From the NCBI GenBank assembly GCA_964384645.1, contig CAYLKL010000007.1, forward strand, positions 1 to 43,526: a stretch of DNA of 43,526 bases, written 5' to 3'. Shown here piece after piece: positions 9,056 through 20,468 of the stretch. A model generated the notes under the pieces. That model was not told the origin of the DNA. It saw only the letters and a list, made by a program, of their open reading frames with translations, and did no database searches. How positions within the stretch are numbered: position 1 is the stretch's first letter; each line of letters starts with the position of its first letter. The stretch is from an uncultured Candidatus Saccharibacteria bacterium. Lineage in GTDB: Bacteria; Patescibacteriota; Minisyncoccia; Phycocordibacterales; UBA9973. The translations under genes and the position numbers were made by a program.

Positions 9056-10312
9056 ATGAAGCAATCAAATTTTGTAACTCGAGCCGAGAAGACGGTTTCT
9101 GGGGAAGAAACCTCAAAAAACGCTATTTTACTTGAACAGGCAGGCTTTATAAATAAGCTTTCGTCTGGAATTTATAGCTTTTTGCCAATGGGACTTCGGG
9201 TTCTTAAAAAGATTGAAAACATAATAAGAGAAGAAATGAACACTGTTGGTGGTCAGGAAATTTTCATGCCAGCACTTCATCCAAAGGAAAATTGGGCAAC
9301 TACTGGAAGATGGGAATCTTTGGCTAGTGAAATGTATCATTTAAAAGACGCAAGTGATAGGGAGTTTGCATTGGGTGCAACACATGAAGAAGTTGTAACT
9401 CCACTTATTCAAAATTTTATTCGTTCATATCGCGATCTACCAAAATCTGTTTATCAATTCCAATCAAAGTTTCGAATGGAGCTTCGTGCCAAGGGTGGAC
9501 TTTTACGAGGACGAGAATTTATGATGAAAGATATGTATTCATTTCATACCACAGAAGAAGATCTGAATGCTTATTATGACAAAGTAACAAATGCTTACCG
9601 AAAAATTTTCCAACGTGTTGGTTTGGGGCATATTACTTATTTGACATTCGCTTCGGGTGGAAGTTTTTCAAAATTCTCTCACGAATTTCAAACAATCTGT
9701 TCAACTGGAGAAGATACTATTTATTTGGATGAAAATAAAAATATTGCTGTAAATAAAGAAGTTCTAGAAGATGATGTGCTGAAGGAAATTGGTATTGATA
9801 AGGAAAGCCTAAAAGAAAGAAAGGCAATTGAAGTTGGGAATATTTTTAAATTAAATACCAAATTTTCTGATCCTTTCAAAATGGAATTCAAAGACGAAGA
9901 CGGTACGAACAAAACAGTTTTAATGGGATGCTATGGAATTGGCCTTAGTCGAATAATGGGAACAGTTGTCGAAGCGCTTGCTGATGATAAGGGTCTTGTT
10001 TGGCCAGAATCAATCGCGCCATACAAAGTGCATTTGGTTATGCTTGGTACAAAAGAAGATACAAAACAAAAAGCAGAAGATTTGTACAAACAATTAAATG
10101 ATAAAGGTATTGAAGTTTTGTTTGATGATCGAGAAGTTTCAGCTTGAGAAAAATTAGCTGAAAGTGATTTGTACGGAATACCTATGAGACTCGTGGTGTC
10201 AGATAGAAGTTTGGCTGAAGGAATGGTTGAGTTAAAGAGCCGAACAGAAGAAAAGCCGAACATGATTGCGCTTGATAAAATTATTTCGAAATTAACTGAT
10301 GAAAATAATTAA
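9056..10312 (+). CDS. proS: Prolyl-tRNA synthetase (bacterial type without the INS editing domain). The reading frame contains an in-frame TGA at 10145-10147 that aligns with a conserved Gly; the ORF track stops at 10147.
   Basis: Class II motifs are present. The 54 codons after the TGA continue in the same frame as the conserved anticodon-binding C-terminus (EKLAESDLYGIPMRLVVSDRSLAEG...), ending at TAA 10310-10312 and overlapping the mreB start. Confidence 0.85.
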
Positions 10313-11351
10313 AGATTTTACAGATAAATTTTCAAATGAGATCGGAATAGATCTAGGGACTGCGAATACTTTAGTTTATCTAAAAGATCACGGTGTTGTT
10401 ATTTCCGAGCCGTCAGTTGTTGCGGTGAATCAAAAAACAAATCGTATTGTTGCGGTTGGTGCGGAAGCAAAACAAATGATGGGTAGAACTCCGACTCATA
10501 TAAAAGTAATCAGACCTCTTGTTGAAGGTGTTATTTCTGATTTTGAAATTACCGAAGAAATGTTGGCGTATTTGATAAATAAAGCCGAGAAGATTTCTAA
10601 AAAGTTTTTTAAACCACGTGTTGTTATTGGGGTGCCGAGTGGAATTACAAATGTTGAAGCTCGAGCTGTTTTTGACGCAGCACGTTCTGCTGGGGCACGA
10701 GATGTTTATATTATTGAAGAACCAATGGCTGCTGCTATTGGAGTAAGGTTGCCGATTTTTGAACCAGTCGGATCTATGGTTATTGATATAGGAGGAGGAA
10801 CATCTGATATTGCGGTTATTTCACTTGGTGGAATTGTTCGTTCAAAAAATTTACGAATCGCTGGAGATGTTTTGAATAAAAATATATCAGATTATATCCG
10901 AGATGAATTCAATCTTTTGATCGGAGAAAAAACAGCTGAGCAAGTTAAAATTTCTGCAGGGAATGTAATGCCAGGAACTCCAATTGAAATAGAAGTAAGA
11001 GGGCGAGATATCGTGACAGGGCTTCCTAGACAAGTTGTTGTTACTGATACGGATATTCGAGAGGCGATATCTGCTTCAATCTCGTCTTTGATTGATGCCG
11101 TAAAAGAGGTTTTGGAAACTACGCCACCAGAAATTCTCTCAGATATAATGCATCGAGGAATTGTGCTTATGGGGGGAGGGGCTCTTCTCTCTGGGCTTGA
11201 TACATTACTTCAAAATGTTCTCAGGCTTCCTGTAAAAGTTGCCGATGATCCACTAACAGCCGTGGCTCGTGGAACTGGTATAATATTTGAAGATATAAAT
11301 TTATACAGAGGAGTTTTACTTCAAATTGAAGATGATTTACCGTCAAGATAA
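10299..11351 (+). CDS. mreB: Rod shape-determining protein MreB (actin homologue)
   Basis: IGIDLGTANTLVY..., DIGGGTSDIAVIS and other actin-fold motifs. Confidence 0.93.
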   Translation: MKIIKDFTDKFSNEIGIDLGTANTLVYLKDHGVVISEPSVVAVNQKTNRIVAVGAEAKQMMGRTPTHIKVIRPLVEGVISDFEITEEMLAYLINKAEKISKKFFKPRVVIGVPSGITNVEARAVFDAARSAGARDVYIIEEPMAAAIGVRLPIFEPVGSMVIDIGGGTSDIAVISLGGIVRSKNLRIAGDVLNKNISDYIRDEFNLLIGEKTAEQVKISAGNVMPGTPIEIEVRGRDIVTGLPRQVVVTDTDIREAISASISSLIDAVKEVLETTPPEILSDIMHRGIVLMGGGALLSGLDTLLQNVLRLPVKVADDPLTAVARGTGIIFEDINLYRGVLLQIEDDLPSR

Positions 11352-12120
11352 AATAAATAAAAATAAAATTTACAAGATTATTTTCTTGCTCTTTTTTGTT
11401 CTGGTTATTTTAACTCCATTCGGTAATTTTTTGGGTAAAATAGCTATTAATATTTTTTCTGGTGCGGGTGCAGTAAGTGCGCGAGCCGAAGCATTGGTGG
11501 AAAATACAGAACTATCTTTAATGTCTAAAAAACAATTGATTGAAAAAATAAAAGTTCAAGAAGAAGAAATAAATAGACTGAGCATTACGGAAAATTTATA
11601 CACAGAACTCGTTGTTGATTATGAAAAAGTAGTCACTCTTTTGGATATTAAAAATCAATTCTCAGATTTGGTTTTAACTGAAGTTGTTTCTAGTCCAAGT
11701 CAAAATATTTATAACACAATAATAATTAGTAAAAGTTTTAATGTTGGAAGTTTTGTTTTTAGTGAATCAGGAATTCCAATTGGTACAATAGAAAGTAGTA
11801 GTGACAAAAATTCTACCGTTTTGTTTTTTTCAAATTCAGGGCGTGAGACAGAGGCATTTTTAAATAATGACACAACTCCAGTGACTCTTGTTGGAAAAGG
11901 ATCTGGGAATTTTACGATATCGCTTCCTCGAGAAATCGAAGTCAAAGAAGGAGAAAGTGTTTATTTGCCGGGAGTTAAAAATCCAATTGCTAAAGTTGGT
12001 TTTGTTGAATTTGATCCACGCGATCCATTTCAAAAAGTTTATCTTTTGAGTGATCAGAATGTTTATAAACTTGATTATGTTTTAGTACAAAGCGAAACTA
12101 AAATAGAAGCTGAACTCTAA
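11326..12120 (+). CDS. mreC: Rod shape-determining protein MreC
   Basis: It overlaps the mreB 3' end. It has an N-terminal TM, a coiled-coil segment, then a beta-rich domain, in the conserved mreBC arrangement. Confidence 0.7.
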   Translation: MKMIYRQDKINKNKIYKIIFLLFFVLVILTPFGNFLGKIAINIFSGAGAVSARAEALVENTELSLMSKKQLIEKIKVQEEEINRLSITENLYTELVVDYEKVVTLLDIKNQFSDLVLTEVVSSPSQNIYNTIIISKSFNVGSFVFSESGIPIGTIESSSDKNSTVLFFSNSGRETEAFLNNDTTPVTLVGKGSGNFTISLPREIEVKEGESVYLPGVKNPIAKVGFVEFDPRDPFQKVYLLSDQNVYKLDYVLVQSETKIEAEL

Positions 12121-12131
12121 AATTTACAAAA

Positions 12132-12164
12132 AGAAAAAGCGCAAAAAATTTTGCGCTTTTTTAA
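12132..12164. terminator. Bidirectional intrinsic terminator between the convergent genes
   Basis: AAAAGCGCAAAA-A-TTTTGCGCTTTT, flanked by A and T runs. Confidence 0.75.
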
Positions 12165-12171
12165 TAACAAC

Positions 12172-12681
12172 TTATTTAATTTTATCCGGCGGATTGGCTG
12201 GTCCTACAGCTGAGTCAATTGCTTGGCGAAGCGGGTATCTTCGGGAATAATCTTTTGGATCATATTGTCTTTGAGGGTTTGCTTTTACTCGAGACGAAGT
12301 AGAATTCCCTTGTCGTGTTCGGTGGTTTGCATTTCTTTGAACAGAACGATGACTTAATTTCCTTATATCACTCATTTTTCTCTCGTGTTCCTCATCTTGC
12401 TCTTTTAGTTTTTTTCTAAACTCCGCAAGCCATCTTTCTGTTTCTTTGTTTTCTTTCTCAATGACTGCGGTTATTGAGTCAAGTGTGTGAGTATAATCCA
12501 ACGTAGCTTGAATTAGGGAATCTTTCCAATGTTTAAAGCTTGAATCTTGTGCACTTCTTTTTTTATCTTCAGCTGCCGCTTCTTCATTGTTAGACTGGTT
12601 ACATTTAGAGAACTGTATTCCTAAATGTATTACTAAAAGGGTAGCTCCAATACTGAGTAATGCAATAAAAGAATTTTTCAT
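12172..12681 (-). CDS. Hypothetical secreted or membrane-anchored protein with a charged coiled-coil region
   Basis: Signal or TM N-terminus followed by Lys/Glu/Arg-rich segments. Confidence 0.5.
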   Translation of the reverse strand: MKNSFIALLSIGATLLVIHLGIQFSKCNQSNNEEAAAEDKKRSAQDSSFKHWKDSLIQATLDYTHTLDSITAVIEKENKETERWLAEFRKKLKEQDEEHERKMSDIRKLSHRSVQRNANHRTRQGNSTSSRVKANPQRQYDPKDYSRRYPLRQAIDSAVGPANPPDKIK

Positions 12682-12782
12682 ATGTAGTTTTTTAAGTTCA
12701 GTTATACTTAGGAATTATATCACTAAATACACTAAAAGTCAAGTCGTTAAAACCACTCACATTCTGCTATATTAGTATTGTT

Positions 12783-13985
12783 TTGAAAGGCTTTAATTAC
12801 GAAATTATAAAAAAAGGTCCAGGGAAAGCGCGCGCTGGGATTATTCATACAAAAAACGGTGATATACAAACTCCGGCGTTTATTCCTGTTGGCACAAAAG
12901 CGACTGTCAAAGCTCTTACTCCTGAAGAAGTAAAATCGGCTGGCGCTCAAGCAGTCCTTGCAAATACATATCATTTATATTTAGCACCCGGGATGGAGAC
13001 AATTGAAAAAGCAGGTGGATTTTCAAAATTTATGAACTGGACGGGTCCTACATTTACTGACTCTGGAGGATTCCAAGTTTTTTCACTAGGGCTCGCATTT
13101 GGAGAGAAAGTTTCAAAAGTTGCCAAGGGAGAAGTTTCAGAAGACTTTGGAGAAAAAAATGATCATGCAAAGCTCGCAAAAATTGATGAAGATGGGGTAA
13201 CTTTTAGTTCGCATGTTGATGGAAGCTTGCATAGGTTTACGCCAGAGAGCTCAATGGATATTCAGTGGAAATTGGGGGCTGATATTATTTTTGCATTTGA
13301 TGAATGTACAAGTCCGCAAGCGTCACACGAATACCAAAAAAGTGCATGGGAAAGAACTCATAGATGGGCAAAGCGATCAATTGAGGCACATGAAAAACTA
13401 GACCCTGAAAATGTTCAAGCAATTTTTGGTGTTGTTCAAGGTGGACGATTTGAAGACTTGCGAAAAGAGTCTGCGCGAGAACTCGCTAAAATGAATTTTG
13501 ATGGATTTGGAATTGGAGGGTCATTTTCGAAAGATGATATATCAACGGCTGTTGGTTGGGTGACAGAAGAATTGCCAGACGATAAACCAAGGCATCTTCT
13601 TGGAATTGGTGAACCAGAAGATATGATTTTGGCTATTGGGCAGGGAATAGATACTTTTGATTGTGTTACTCCAACTCGAAACGCTCGAAACGGAACACTC
13701 TATACAAGTACAGGAAAAGTACATATGAAAAATGAAAGATTTAAAAATGATTTTTCTCCAGTCACCGAAGATTGTGATTGTTATACTTGTTCAAATTTTT
13801 CAAAAGCCTATTTATCGCATCTATATAAACAAGGCGAAATGTTGGCAGGCACGCTTGGCTCAATTCACAACATTCATTTTTTGATTGAGGTTGCAAGTGG
13901 TGCTCGAGAAGCAATTTTGGCTGGAAATTTTGAAGAATATTCTCAAATCTTTTTGGGTAAATATAGAAATTTAAAAAGTGAGTAA
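12783..13985 (+). CDS. tgt: Queuine tRNA-ribosyltransferase (TTG start as given by the track)
   Basis: Conserved PAFIPVGT..ANTYHL.., the catalytic Asp region and the Zn site CDCYTCSNFSKAYLSHL. Confidence 0.9.
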   Translation: MKGFNYEIIKKGPGKARAGIIHTKNGDIQTPAFIPVGTKATVKALTPEEVKSAGAQAVLANTYHLYLAPGMETIEKAGGFSKFMNWTGPTFTDSGGFQVFSLGLAFGEKVSKVAKGEVSEDFGEKNDHAKLAKIDEDGVTFSSHVDGSLHRFTPESSMDIQWKLGADIIFAFDECTSPQASHEYQKSAWERTHRWAKRSIEAHEKLDPENVQAIFGVVQGGRFEDLRKESARELAKMNFDGFGIGGSFSKDDISTAVGWVTEELPDDKPRHLLGIGEPEDMILAIGQGIDTFDCVTPTRNARNGTLYTSTGKVHMKNERFKNDFSPVTEDCDCYTCSNFSKAYLSHLYKQGEMLAGTLGSIHNIHFLIEVASGAREAILAGNFEEYSQIFLGKYRNLKSE

Positions 13986-14616
13986 TTTAATAAAATATAA
14001 AGAAGAAGAAAAAATTATTATTCTCGACAAGCCATCAGGAGTTTCTTCTTTTCGATTTATAAATGAATACAAAAGAAGTATCGATGCTAAAAAGATTGGT
14101 CACGCGGGCACTCTCGACCCAATGGCGTCCGGTGTAATGCTCGTTGCTGTAAACGAAAATACAAAAATCTTGGGTGAATTTGTTGGTCTTACTAAAAAAT
14201 ATATCGCTGAAATAACTTTGGGTAAAAAGACTGATTCGGGGGATAAAGAAGGGAATGTTGTTGAAGAAAAACCAGTTCCAGAAATAACAGATGAAAAAGT
14301 AAAGAATGTTTTAAAATCTTTGATTGGAAATATTGAAATGCCTGTTTCAAATTTTTCTGCAATGAAGTACCTTGGAAAACCTCGATATGAATATGCTCGA
14401 GCGGGAAAAGAAATTCCAGAAGTAAGAAGAGAGATGGAGATATTTGAAGCCAATTTAATCAAATTTGAAAAAAATATTATTTCTGCTGAATTTTTTGTTG
14501 GAAGTGGAACGTATATTCGCTCTATTGCAGAATATGTAGGAGAAAAATTGGGAACGGTAGCGCACTTGTCAGATCTTAGACGAACAGCTGTTGGTCCATT
14601 TGAGATAAATAAATAG
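13978..14616 (+). CDS. truB: tRNA pseudouridine-55 synthase TruB, catalytic domain only (no PUA domain)
   Basis: ILDKPSGVSS...GHAGTLDPMASGVMLVAV. It overlaps the tgt stop. Confidence 0.85.
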   Translation: MSNLIKYKEEEKIIILDKPSGVSSFRFINEYKRSIDAKKIGHAGTLDPMASGVMLVAVNENTKILGEFVGLTKKYIAEITLGKKTDSGDKEGNVVEEKPVPEITDEKVKNVLKSLIGNIEMPVSNFSAMKYLGKPRYEYARAGKEIPEVRREMEIFEANLIKFEKNIISAEFFVGSGTYIRSIAEYVGEKLGTVAHLSDLRRTAVGPFEINK

Positions 14617-14681
14617 TTGTCTCTATTTGATAAATGTTTTTAGGGCTTTTTTAATTTCTAAAAATAAAGTATTGTATTGGT

Positions 14682-16754
14682 ATGTTTAAACTTTCGAGTA
14701 AATGGGAGCCAGCCGGAGATCAACCAGAGGCCATAAAGGAATTGGTCAAAGGTTTGAAGGCGGGTAATCGAATGCAAACACTTCTTGGTGCCACTGGAAC
14801 TGGTAAGACTTTTACTATGGCAAATGTTATTGCTCAGTATAAAAAACCAACTCTTGTTATTGCTCATAATAAAACTTTAGCAGCTCAATTAGCATCCGAG
14901 CTCAAAGAATTCTTCCCAGAAAATAAAGTTCATTATTTTGTCTCTTACTACGATTATTATCAGCCAGAAGCATATATGCCAGTGACTGATACATATATTG
15001 AAAAAGATGCACAGATAAATAAAGAAATCGATCGTCTGCGTCACGCCTCGACCCAATCTCTTTTGACCCAAAGTGATGTGATAATAGTCGCATCAGTTTC
15101 TTGTATTTACGGTTTGGGATCTCCAAAAGAATATGAAAAAGAAAATTTTAGATTGCAGGTTGAGCAAAAAATAAATCGAGCAGATATAATATCGCGTCTT
15201 GTTGGAATCCATTTTGAAAGAACAAACGCAGATTTAACTCCTGGAACGTTTCGCGCACTTGGAAATAAAATTGAAGTTATGCCAGTTTCGGATGTTTTTG
15301 TTTATTCAATCGAAATTGCAGGTTCTCATGTGGATAGAATATTAAAAATTGATCCAATAACTTCTAAAATAATAAGTGAAGAAAAAAATATTTTTATTTT
15401 CCCCGCAAAACATTTCATTACTAATGAAAAAGAAAAAGATAGAGCTCTAAAAGATATAAAAAAAGAATTAGATGCTCAGTTGAAAAGATTTGAAAGTGAG
15501 GGAAAACTTTTGGAGGCCGAAAGAATTAAGAGACGTACTACATATGATATGGCGATGATTCGAGAAATCGGCTATTGCTCGGGTATCGAGAACTATTCAA
15601 GACATATGTCTGGCAAGAAGGCAGGCGAACCGCCAGAAACTCTTTTGTCATATTTTCCTCACAAAGAAGATGGAACGCCGGACTTTTTGACTATTGTTGA
15701 CGAGTCTCATGTCGCACTCCCACAGCTTCGCGGAATGTACGCAGGAGACGCTTCTAGAAAAAACACATTAGTAGAATTTGGTTTTAGATTGCCGAGCGCT
15801 AAAGACAATCGACCACTTCAATTTCCAGAATTTTTAGAACGTGTAGGTCAAATGATTTTTACATCAGCGACACCGTCTGATTATGAAAGAGAAAATTCTT
15901 CTAAAATAGTAGAACAAATTATCCGACCAACTGGACTTATTGATCCAGCTATTATTATCAAACCAATTACCGAAACTAAAAAGACAGGAGGTCAGGTGCA
16001 AGATTTTATCGCTGAAGCTGAAGTGGAAATTAAAAATGGCGGACGAGTATTAGCTACAACTTTGACCAAAAAGATGGCAGAAGATTTATCTGCATATCTT
16101 AAGGAAAAGAAGATAAAATCAGAGTATATTCACTCTGATGTTAAAACAATGGAAAGAATTCAGATTTTGACGGATTTTAGAAAAGGGAAGTTTGATATTT
16201 TGGTTGGAGTAAACCTTCTTCGAGAAGGGCTTGATTTGCCTGAAGTTTCTTTGATTGGAATACTTGATGCTGATAAAGAAGGATTTTTGCGAAGCGAGGT
16301 TTCTTTGATCCAGACAATTGGGCGAGCTGCTCGAAATGTAAACGGACGTGTAATCTTATATGCTGACAGAATAACAGGTTCGATGGAGCGCGCAATAGAA
16401 GAAACAACTCGACGAAGAAATATTCAACTTGCATACAATAAAGAGCATGGCATCACTCCGAAAACAATTGAAAAAAGAATTTACGACATTATGGCAGAAC
16501 TCGAATCTGATCATGACAAAGCTGTAAGAAGTGAGCTCGATACAGATATACAGATTTTGGAAAATGCACAGAGACTGGACGATAAAAGACCACTAGGAAA
16601 GAAACGGAAAAAGGATCCAATATCACAATTAATCAAGATGAAAGAAGATCAAATGAAACAAGCTGTGAAAGTCTTGGATTTCGAAACCGCAGCTATTTTG
16701 CGAGACGAATTAGTTGTCCTAAATAAAAGATTGGAAGATAAAACTAAGAAATAG
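14682..16754 (+). CDS. uvrB: Excinuclease ABC subunit B
   Basis: Helicase motifs GATGTGKT, DESH and the beta-hairpin region, plus a C-terminal UVR domain. Confidence 0.95.
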   Translation: MFKLSSKWEPAGDQPEAIKELVKGLKAGNRMQTLLGATGTGKTFTMANVIAQYKKPTLVIAHNKTLAAQLASELKEFFPENKVHYFVSYYDYYQPEAYMPVTDTYIEKDAQINKEIDRLRHASTQSLLTQSDVIIVASVSCIYGLGSPKEYEKENFRLQVEQKINRADIISRLVGIHFERTNADLTPGTFRALGNKIEVMPVSDVFVYSIEIAGSHVDRILKIDPITSKIISEEKNIFIFPAKHFITNEKEKDRALKDIKKELDAQLKRFESEGKLLEAERIKRRTTYDMAMIREIGYCSGIENYSRHMSGKKAGEPPETLLSYFPHKEDGTPDFLTIVDESHVALPQLRGMYAGDASRKNTLVEFGFRLPSAKDNRPLQFPEFLERVGQMIFTSATPSDYERENSSKIVEQIIRPTGLIDPAIIIKPITETKKTGGQVQDFIAEAEVEIKNGGRVLATTLTKKMAEDLSAYLKEKKIKSEYIHSDVKTMERIQILTDFRKGKFDILVGVNLLREGLDLPEVSLIGILDADKEGFLRSEVSLIQTIGRAARNVNGRVILYADRITGSMERAIEETTRRRNIQLAYNKEHGITPKTIEKRIYDIMAELESDHDKAVRSELDTDIQILENAQRLDDKRPLGKKRKKDPISQLIKMKEDQMKQAVKVLDFETAAILRDELVVLNKRLEDKTKK

Positions 16755-17718
16755 TTTTCTTTTCATCGATACTTAAAAATCCACCACCTGTAATCATTAA
16801 AATTGAAAGTGTGCCAAATAGTGTAACGTGTGAGAATACTTCTTCTTGAAGTCCAAAAAAAGTTAGGATCAATACTAAAAATGCTATTGCTGAAGTTAAT
16901 CTTGTTTTGAATCCAATTATTAAAAATACTCCAATTAAAAGTTCCACTATTCCTGCGCCAAGTACCCACATTGAAGGACTAACATGAATTAATTCTGTTA
17001 GGTTGTATTTTTGAACCACTAATTCCGACAAGTGTGGGTTTAGTAGTTTTTCGTATATTGCTAAAAATAGCATAGCAGTTCCGATACCAAGGCGAGTAAT
17101 TAAGGGTACAAATTTCTTTAGTTTTTCTATTTGTAAAATTTTAATTCCAAATACATCATCAAGCCCTGGGCGACCATTTCCAAGTATTAGTAATATAAAT
17201 AGTAGGGCGGGGAATTCTAAATTGCCTAATAGATAAAAATTTGAATTTAATCCAACTAGGAATAGCGCAATAGACACCACAATTACTGGAGTAATAAAAG
17301 CACCTAATAACAAGAAAAACCCCAAGATTAATTCAAGCCACCCTAATCCAAAATCATTTGCCATTACAGGTGAAATTAAAACACCCGCAGTGCTTGCGCC
17401 CATTAAAGCAATACCAAGACAAATTCTGGCAATCCAAGGGATTAAATCTTTGTAACTATTAAGCTTGCCCTTGGCTTTTGTGATTATTTTATGTGTAAAT
17501 TCTATTTTATGAACTAAATAGTATAAGAGGAAAAAAGAAATTAGTATTACTATTGTTAGTTTAATATTCCCAGAATCAAACATCGCTTGCTTTAAAAAAG
17601 TAGGGTCCGAACCTTTTGCTATATCAAATTTTTCTTTTTCAATAACATAGCCAACGTGCGCTAAGCTATTTTTGATCGGTATTAAAAAATAAAATAGTGA
17701 AAAAATAATATATTTCAT
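16744..17718 (-). CDS. Polytopic membrane protein (about 8 TM helices, possibly DoxX-like). The family call is uncertain.
   Basis: Hydrophobicity pattern only. Confidence 0.45.
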   Translation of the reverse strand: MKYIIFSLFYFLIPIKNSLAHVGYVIEKEKFDIAKGSDPTFLKQAMFDSGNIKLTIVILISFFLLYYLVHKIEFTHKIITKAKGKLNSYKDLIPWIARICLGIALMGASTAGVLISPVMANDFGLGWLELILGFFLLLGAFITPVIVVSIALFLVGLNSNFYLLGNLEFPALLFILLILGNGRPGLDDVFGIKILQIEKLKKFVPLITRLGIGTAMLFLAIYEKLLNPHLSELVVQKYNLTELIHVSPSMWVLGAGIVELLIGVFLIIGFKTRLTSAIAFLVLILTFFGLQEEVFSHVTLFGTLSILMITGGGFLSIDEKKTIS

Positions 17719-17808
17719 ACATCTATTATACTCATTTTTTCTGTGGTATAATCCACTTACAAGTTAATACATATACCCTTAGAGTAATCCGAGGGCTAAT
17801 TTTGATAT

Positions 17809-20439
17809 ATGGCAAACAAAGAAGACAAAAGAGGGCAAGATAAGATAATCATCAAAGGGGCTCGAACTCACAATTTGAAGAATATCGACGTCGAAATGCC
17901 GAGAAATAAAATGGTAGCAATAACTGGCCTTTCTGGGTCGGGTAAATCTTCGCTTGCTTTTGATACTATTTTTGCCGAAGGCCAGCGTCGCTACGTTGAG
18001 TCTCTTTCTTCGTACGCAAGACAATTTCTAAAGCAAATGCAAAAACCAGAAGTCGATGAAATCACTGGTCTTTCACCGGCAATTTCAATTGATCAAAAAT
18101 CTCGTTCAAACAACCCACGTTCTACAGTTGCAACTATTACTGAAATGTATGACTATCTTCGAGTTTTGTATGCACGTGTTGGGCGACCACATTGTCTTAT
18201 TTGCGGAAAGGAAATAAAAAAACTTTCAAACGAAGAAATAAATAGATTTATTTTGGATAAAGTAAAATCTGAAATAGGAAAGAAAAAGAAAAAAATAATG
18301 GGTGTTGAATATGACGATAGATTGATTCAAATATTTGCCCCAATGGTTCGCGGGAGAAAAGGGGAATATTACCAAATGCTTTACGATATGCTTGGTAAGG
18401 GTTTTGTTCGAGCACGTGTCGATGGAAAAATGGTTTCGCTTCGTGATCGTATAGATCTTGCAAAGCAGAAAAAACACGACATTGATATTTTGGTGGACGA
18501 AATTGCATATCATGAATTTAAGGACAATCAAAAAGATTCTGAAATGCGTCTTTACGAAGCTGTTGAGCGATCGATTTTAGAATCAGACGGACTTGTTAGA
18601 GTTTCTTTTCCGACAGAACAAAATGAAGGAGAAAAAGAAGCTTTTGAAGAGTTTTTAATGAGTGCAAAATTTGCTTGTCCTGATGATGGTTTTTCTTTTC
18701 CAGAAATCGAACCAAGACTTTTTTCTTTCAATTCTCCATACGGAGCTTGTGATGCGTGTAATGGTCTCGGAACAAAATATTTTCTAGGGGACGATCCTTG
18801 TGACAAATGTAAGGGCGCACGTCTTCGAGCAGAAGCTTTGAATGTATTTCTTGGTTCAAATACAAATCGAAAAAATATCATCGAGCTTGTCTCTATGTCT
18901 GTAAAAGATGCGGTGGAATTTTTGGGTGTTGTAAAACTAACTGCAAAAGAAAGAGAAATTGCAAAAGCAGTAATAAAAGAAATTGAAGACAGGCTAACTT
19001 TCCTTTTTGATGTTGGTCTTGAATATTTAGCGCTCGATAGACGTGCAAATACTCTTTCAGGTGGAGAAGCGCAAAGAATTAGATTGGCGTCCCAGCTTGG
19101 ATCACGCCTTGTTGGAGCGATGTACGTGCTAGATGAACCAACAATCGGACTTCATCAAAGAGACAATGAAAGACTTATAAAAACCCTTGAAGATCTTCGT
19201 GATCTTGGGAATACGATTATTGTAGTTGAGCACGATGAAGACACAATGTATGCGTCGGACTATCTTATTGATATCGGCCCGGGTGCTGGAGTTCATGGTG
19301 GAAATGTTGTTGTTTCGGGTTGGCTTGCTGATTTGCTTTCTGCAAAGAAAAATACAAGTGGCTCTAGAACTCTTTCGTATCTTCGAGAAGAAACAAGAAT
19401 CCCTGTTCCAGTTGAAAGAAGAACGAGCGACAAGGGGACAATCAGAATTGTTGGAGCAAATATTTTTAATATAAAAAATCAAAATATCGATATTCCCCTT
19501 GGAAAATTGGTTTCGATTTCTGGTGTATCGGGATCAGGAAAAAGTACTTTTCTGTATGAGGTTTTGCATAAAAATTTACAAGCTCGTCTTGAAAGAAAAT
19601 ATCGCACTAACGATGTGTTCAACTGCGCATCATTTACTGGAACTGAATATTTAGTTCGAACTATTTTGATAGACCAATCTCCAATCGGAAGAACGCCACG
19701 TTCGAACATCGCAACTTATACCGGAACCTTCAACCATGTTCGAGATATTTTTGCTGAAACAGAAGAGGCACGAACTAGAGGTTGGAAAGCAAATCGTTTT
19801 TCTTTTAACGTAAAAGGTGGAAGATGTGAAGCTTGTGAAGGAAACGGACAGATTGCTGTTGAGATGCACTTTCTTCCAACGGTTTATGTAACATGTGATG
19901 TTTGTAATGGAAAAAGATTTGATAAAGATACTTTATCTGTAAAATTCAAAAAGAAAAATATTTATGAAGTTTTGGAAATGACAGTTGAGGAAGCGGCTGT
20001 TTTCTTTGAAGATATTCCAGCGATTCACGATAGGTTAAAAACTTTGATGGATGTGGGTCTAACGTATGTAAAACTTGGGCAAAGCGCAACAACCCTATCA
20101 GGTGGAGAAGCTCAGAGAGTAAAAATTTCAAGTGAGCTTTATCGACCATTTTTGGAGCGAAGTATTTATCTTCTCGATGAGCCGACTGTTGGACTTCATT
20201 ATGATGATGTTCAAAATTTGATAAATGTTTTGAATCGTCTTGTGGCAAAAGGAAACACTGTTGTAGTTATCGAACACAATATGGACGTTTTGAAATGCTC
20301 TGATTACATAATAGATTTTGGTCCAGAAGGTGGAGTTGGTGGTGGAAAAATAATTGCCAAAGGATCTCCCGAAGATGTGGCAAATAATGCTAAAAGTTAC
20401 ACCGGGCAATATCTTAAAAAGATTTTGAAGAAGAAATAA
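17809..20439 (+). CDS. uvrA: Excinuclease ABC subunit A
   Basis: Two ABC ATPase modules ([12 protein letters not shown]; [11 protein letters not shown]), LSGGEAQR signature motifs and Zn-finger cysteines. Confidence 0.95.
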   Translation: MANKEDKRGQDKIIIKGARTHNLKNIDVEMPRNKMVAITGLSGSGKSSLAFDTIFAEGQRRYVESLSSYARQFLKQMQKPEVDEITGLSPAISIDQKSRSNNPRSTVATITEMYDYLRVLYARVGRPHCLICGKEIKKLSNEEINRFILDKVKSEIGKKKKKIMGVEYDDRLIQIFAPMVRGRKGEYYQMLYDMLGKGFVRARVDGKMVSLRDRIDLAKQKKHDIDILVDEIAYHEFKDNQKDSEMRLYEAVERSILESDGLVRVSFPTEQNEGEKEAFEEFLMSAKFACPDDGFSFPEIEPRLFSFNSPYGACDACNGLGTKYFLGDDPCDKCKGARLRAEALNVFLGSNTNRKNIIELVSMSVKDAVEFLGVVKLTAKEREIAKAVIKEIEDRLTFLFDVGLEYLALDRRANTLSGGEAQRIRLASQLGSRLVGAMYVLDEPTIGLHQRDNERLIKTLEDLRDLGNTIIVVEHDEDTMYASDYLIDIGPGAGVHGGNVVVSGWLADLLSAKKNTSGSRTLSYLREETRIPVPVERRTSDKGTIRIVGANIFNIKNQNIDIPLGKLVSISGVSGSGKSTFLYEVLHKNLQARLERKYRTNDVFNCASFTGTEYLVRTILIDQSPIGRTPRSNIATYTGTFNHVRDIFAETEEARTRGWKANRFSFNVKGGRCEACEGNGQIAVEMHFLPTVYVTCDVCNGKRFDKDTLSVKFKKKNIYEVLEMTVEEAAVFFEDIPAIHDRLKTLMDVGLTYVKLGQSATTLSGGEAQRVKISSELYRPFLERSIYLLDEPTVGLHYDDVQNLINVLNRLVAKGNTVVVIEHNMDVLKCSDYIIDFGPEGGVGGGKIIAKGSPEDVANNAKSYTGQYLKKILKKK

Positions 20440-20468
20440 AAAAAAGAAAGCTTCTGCTTTCCTTTTTA

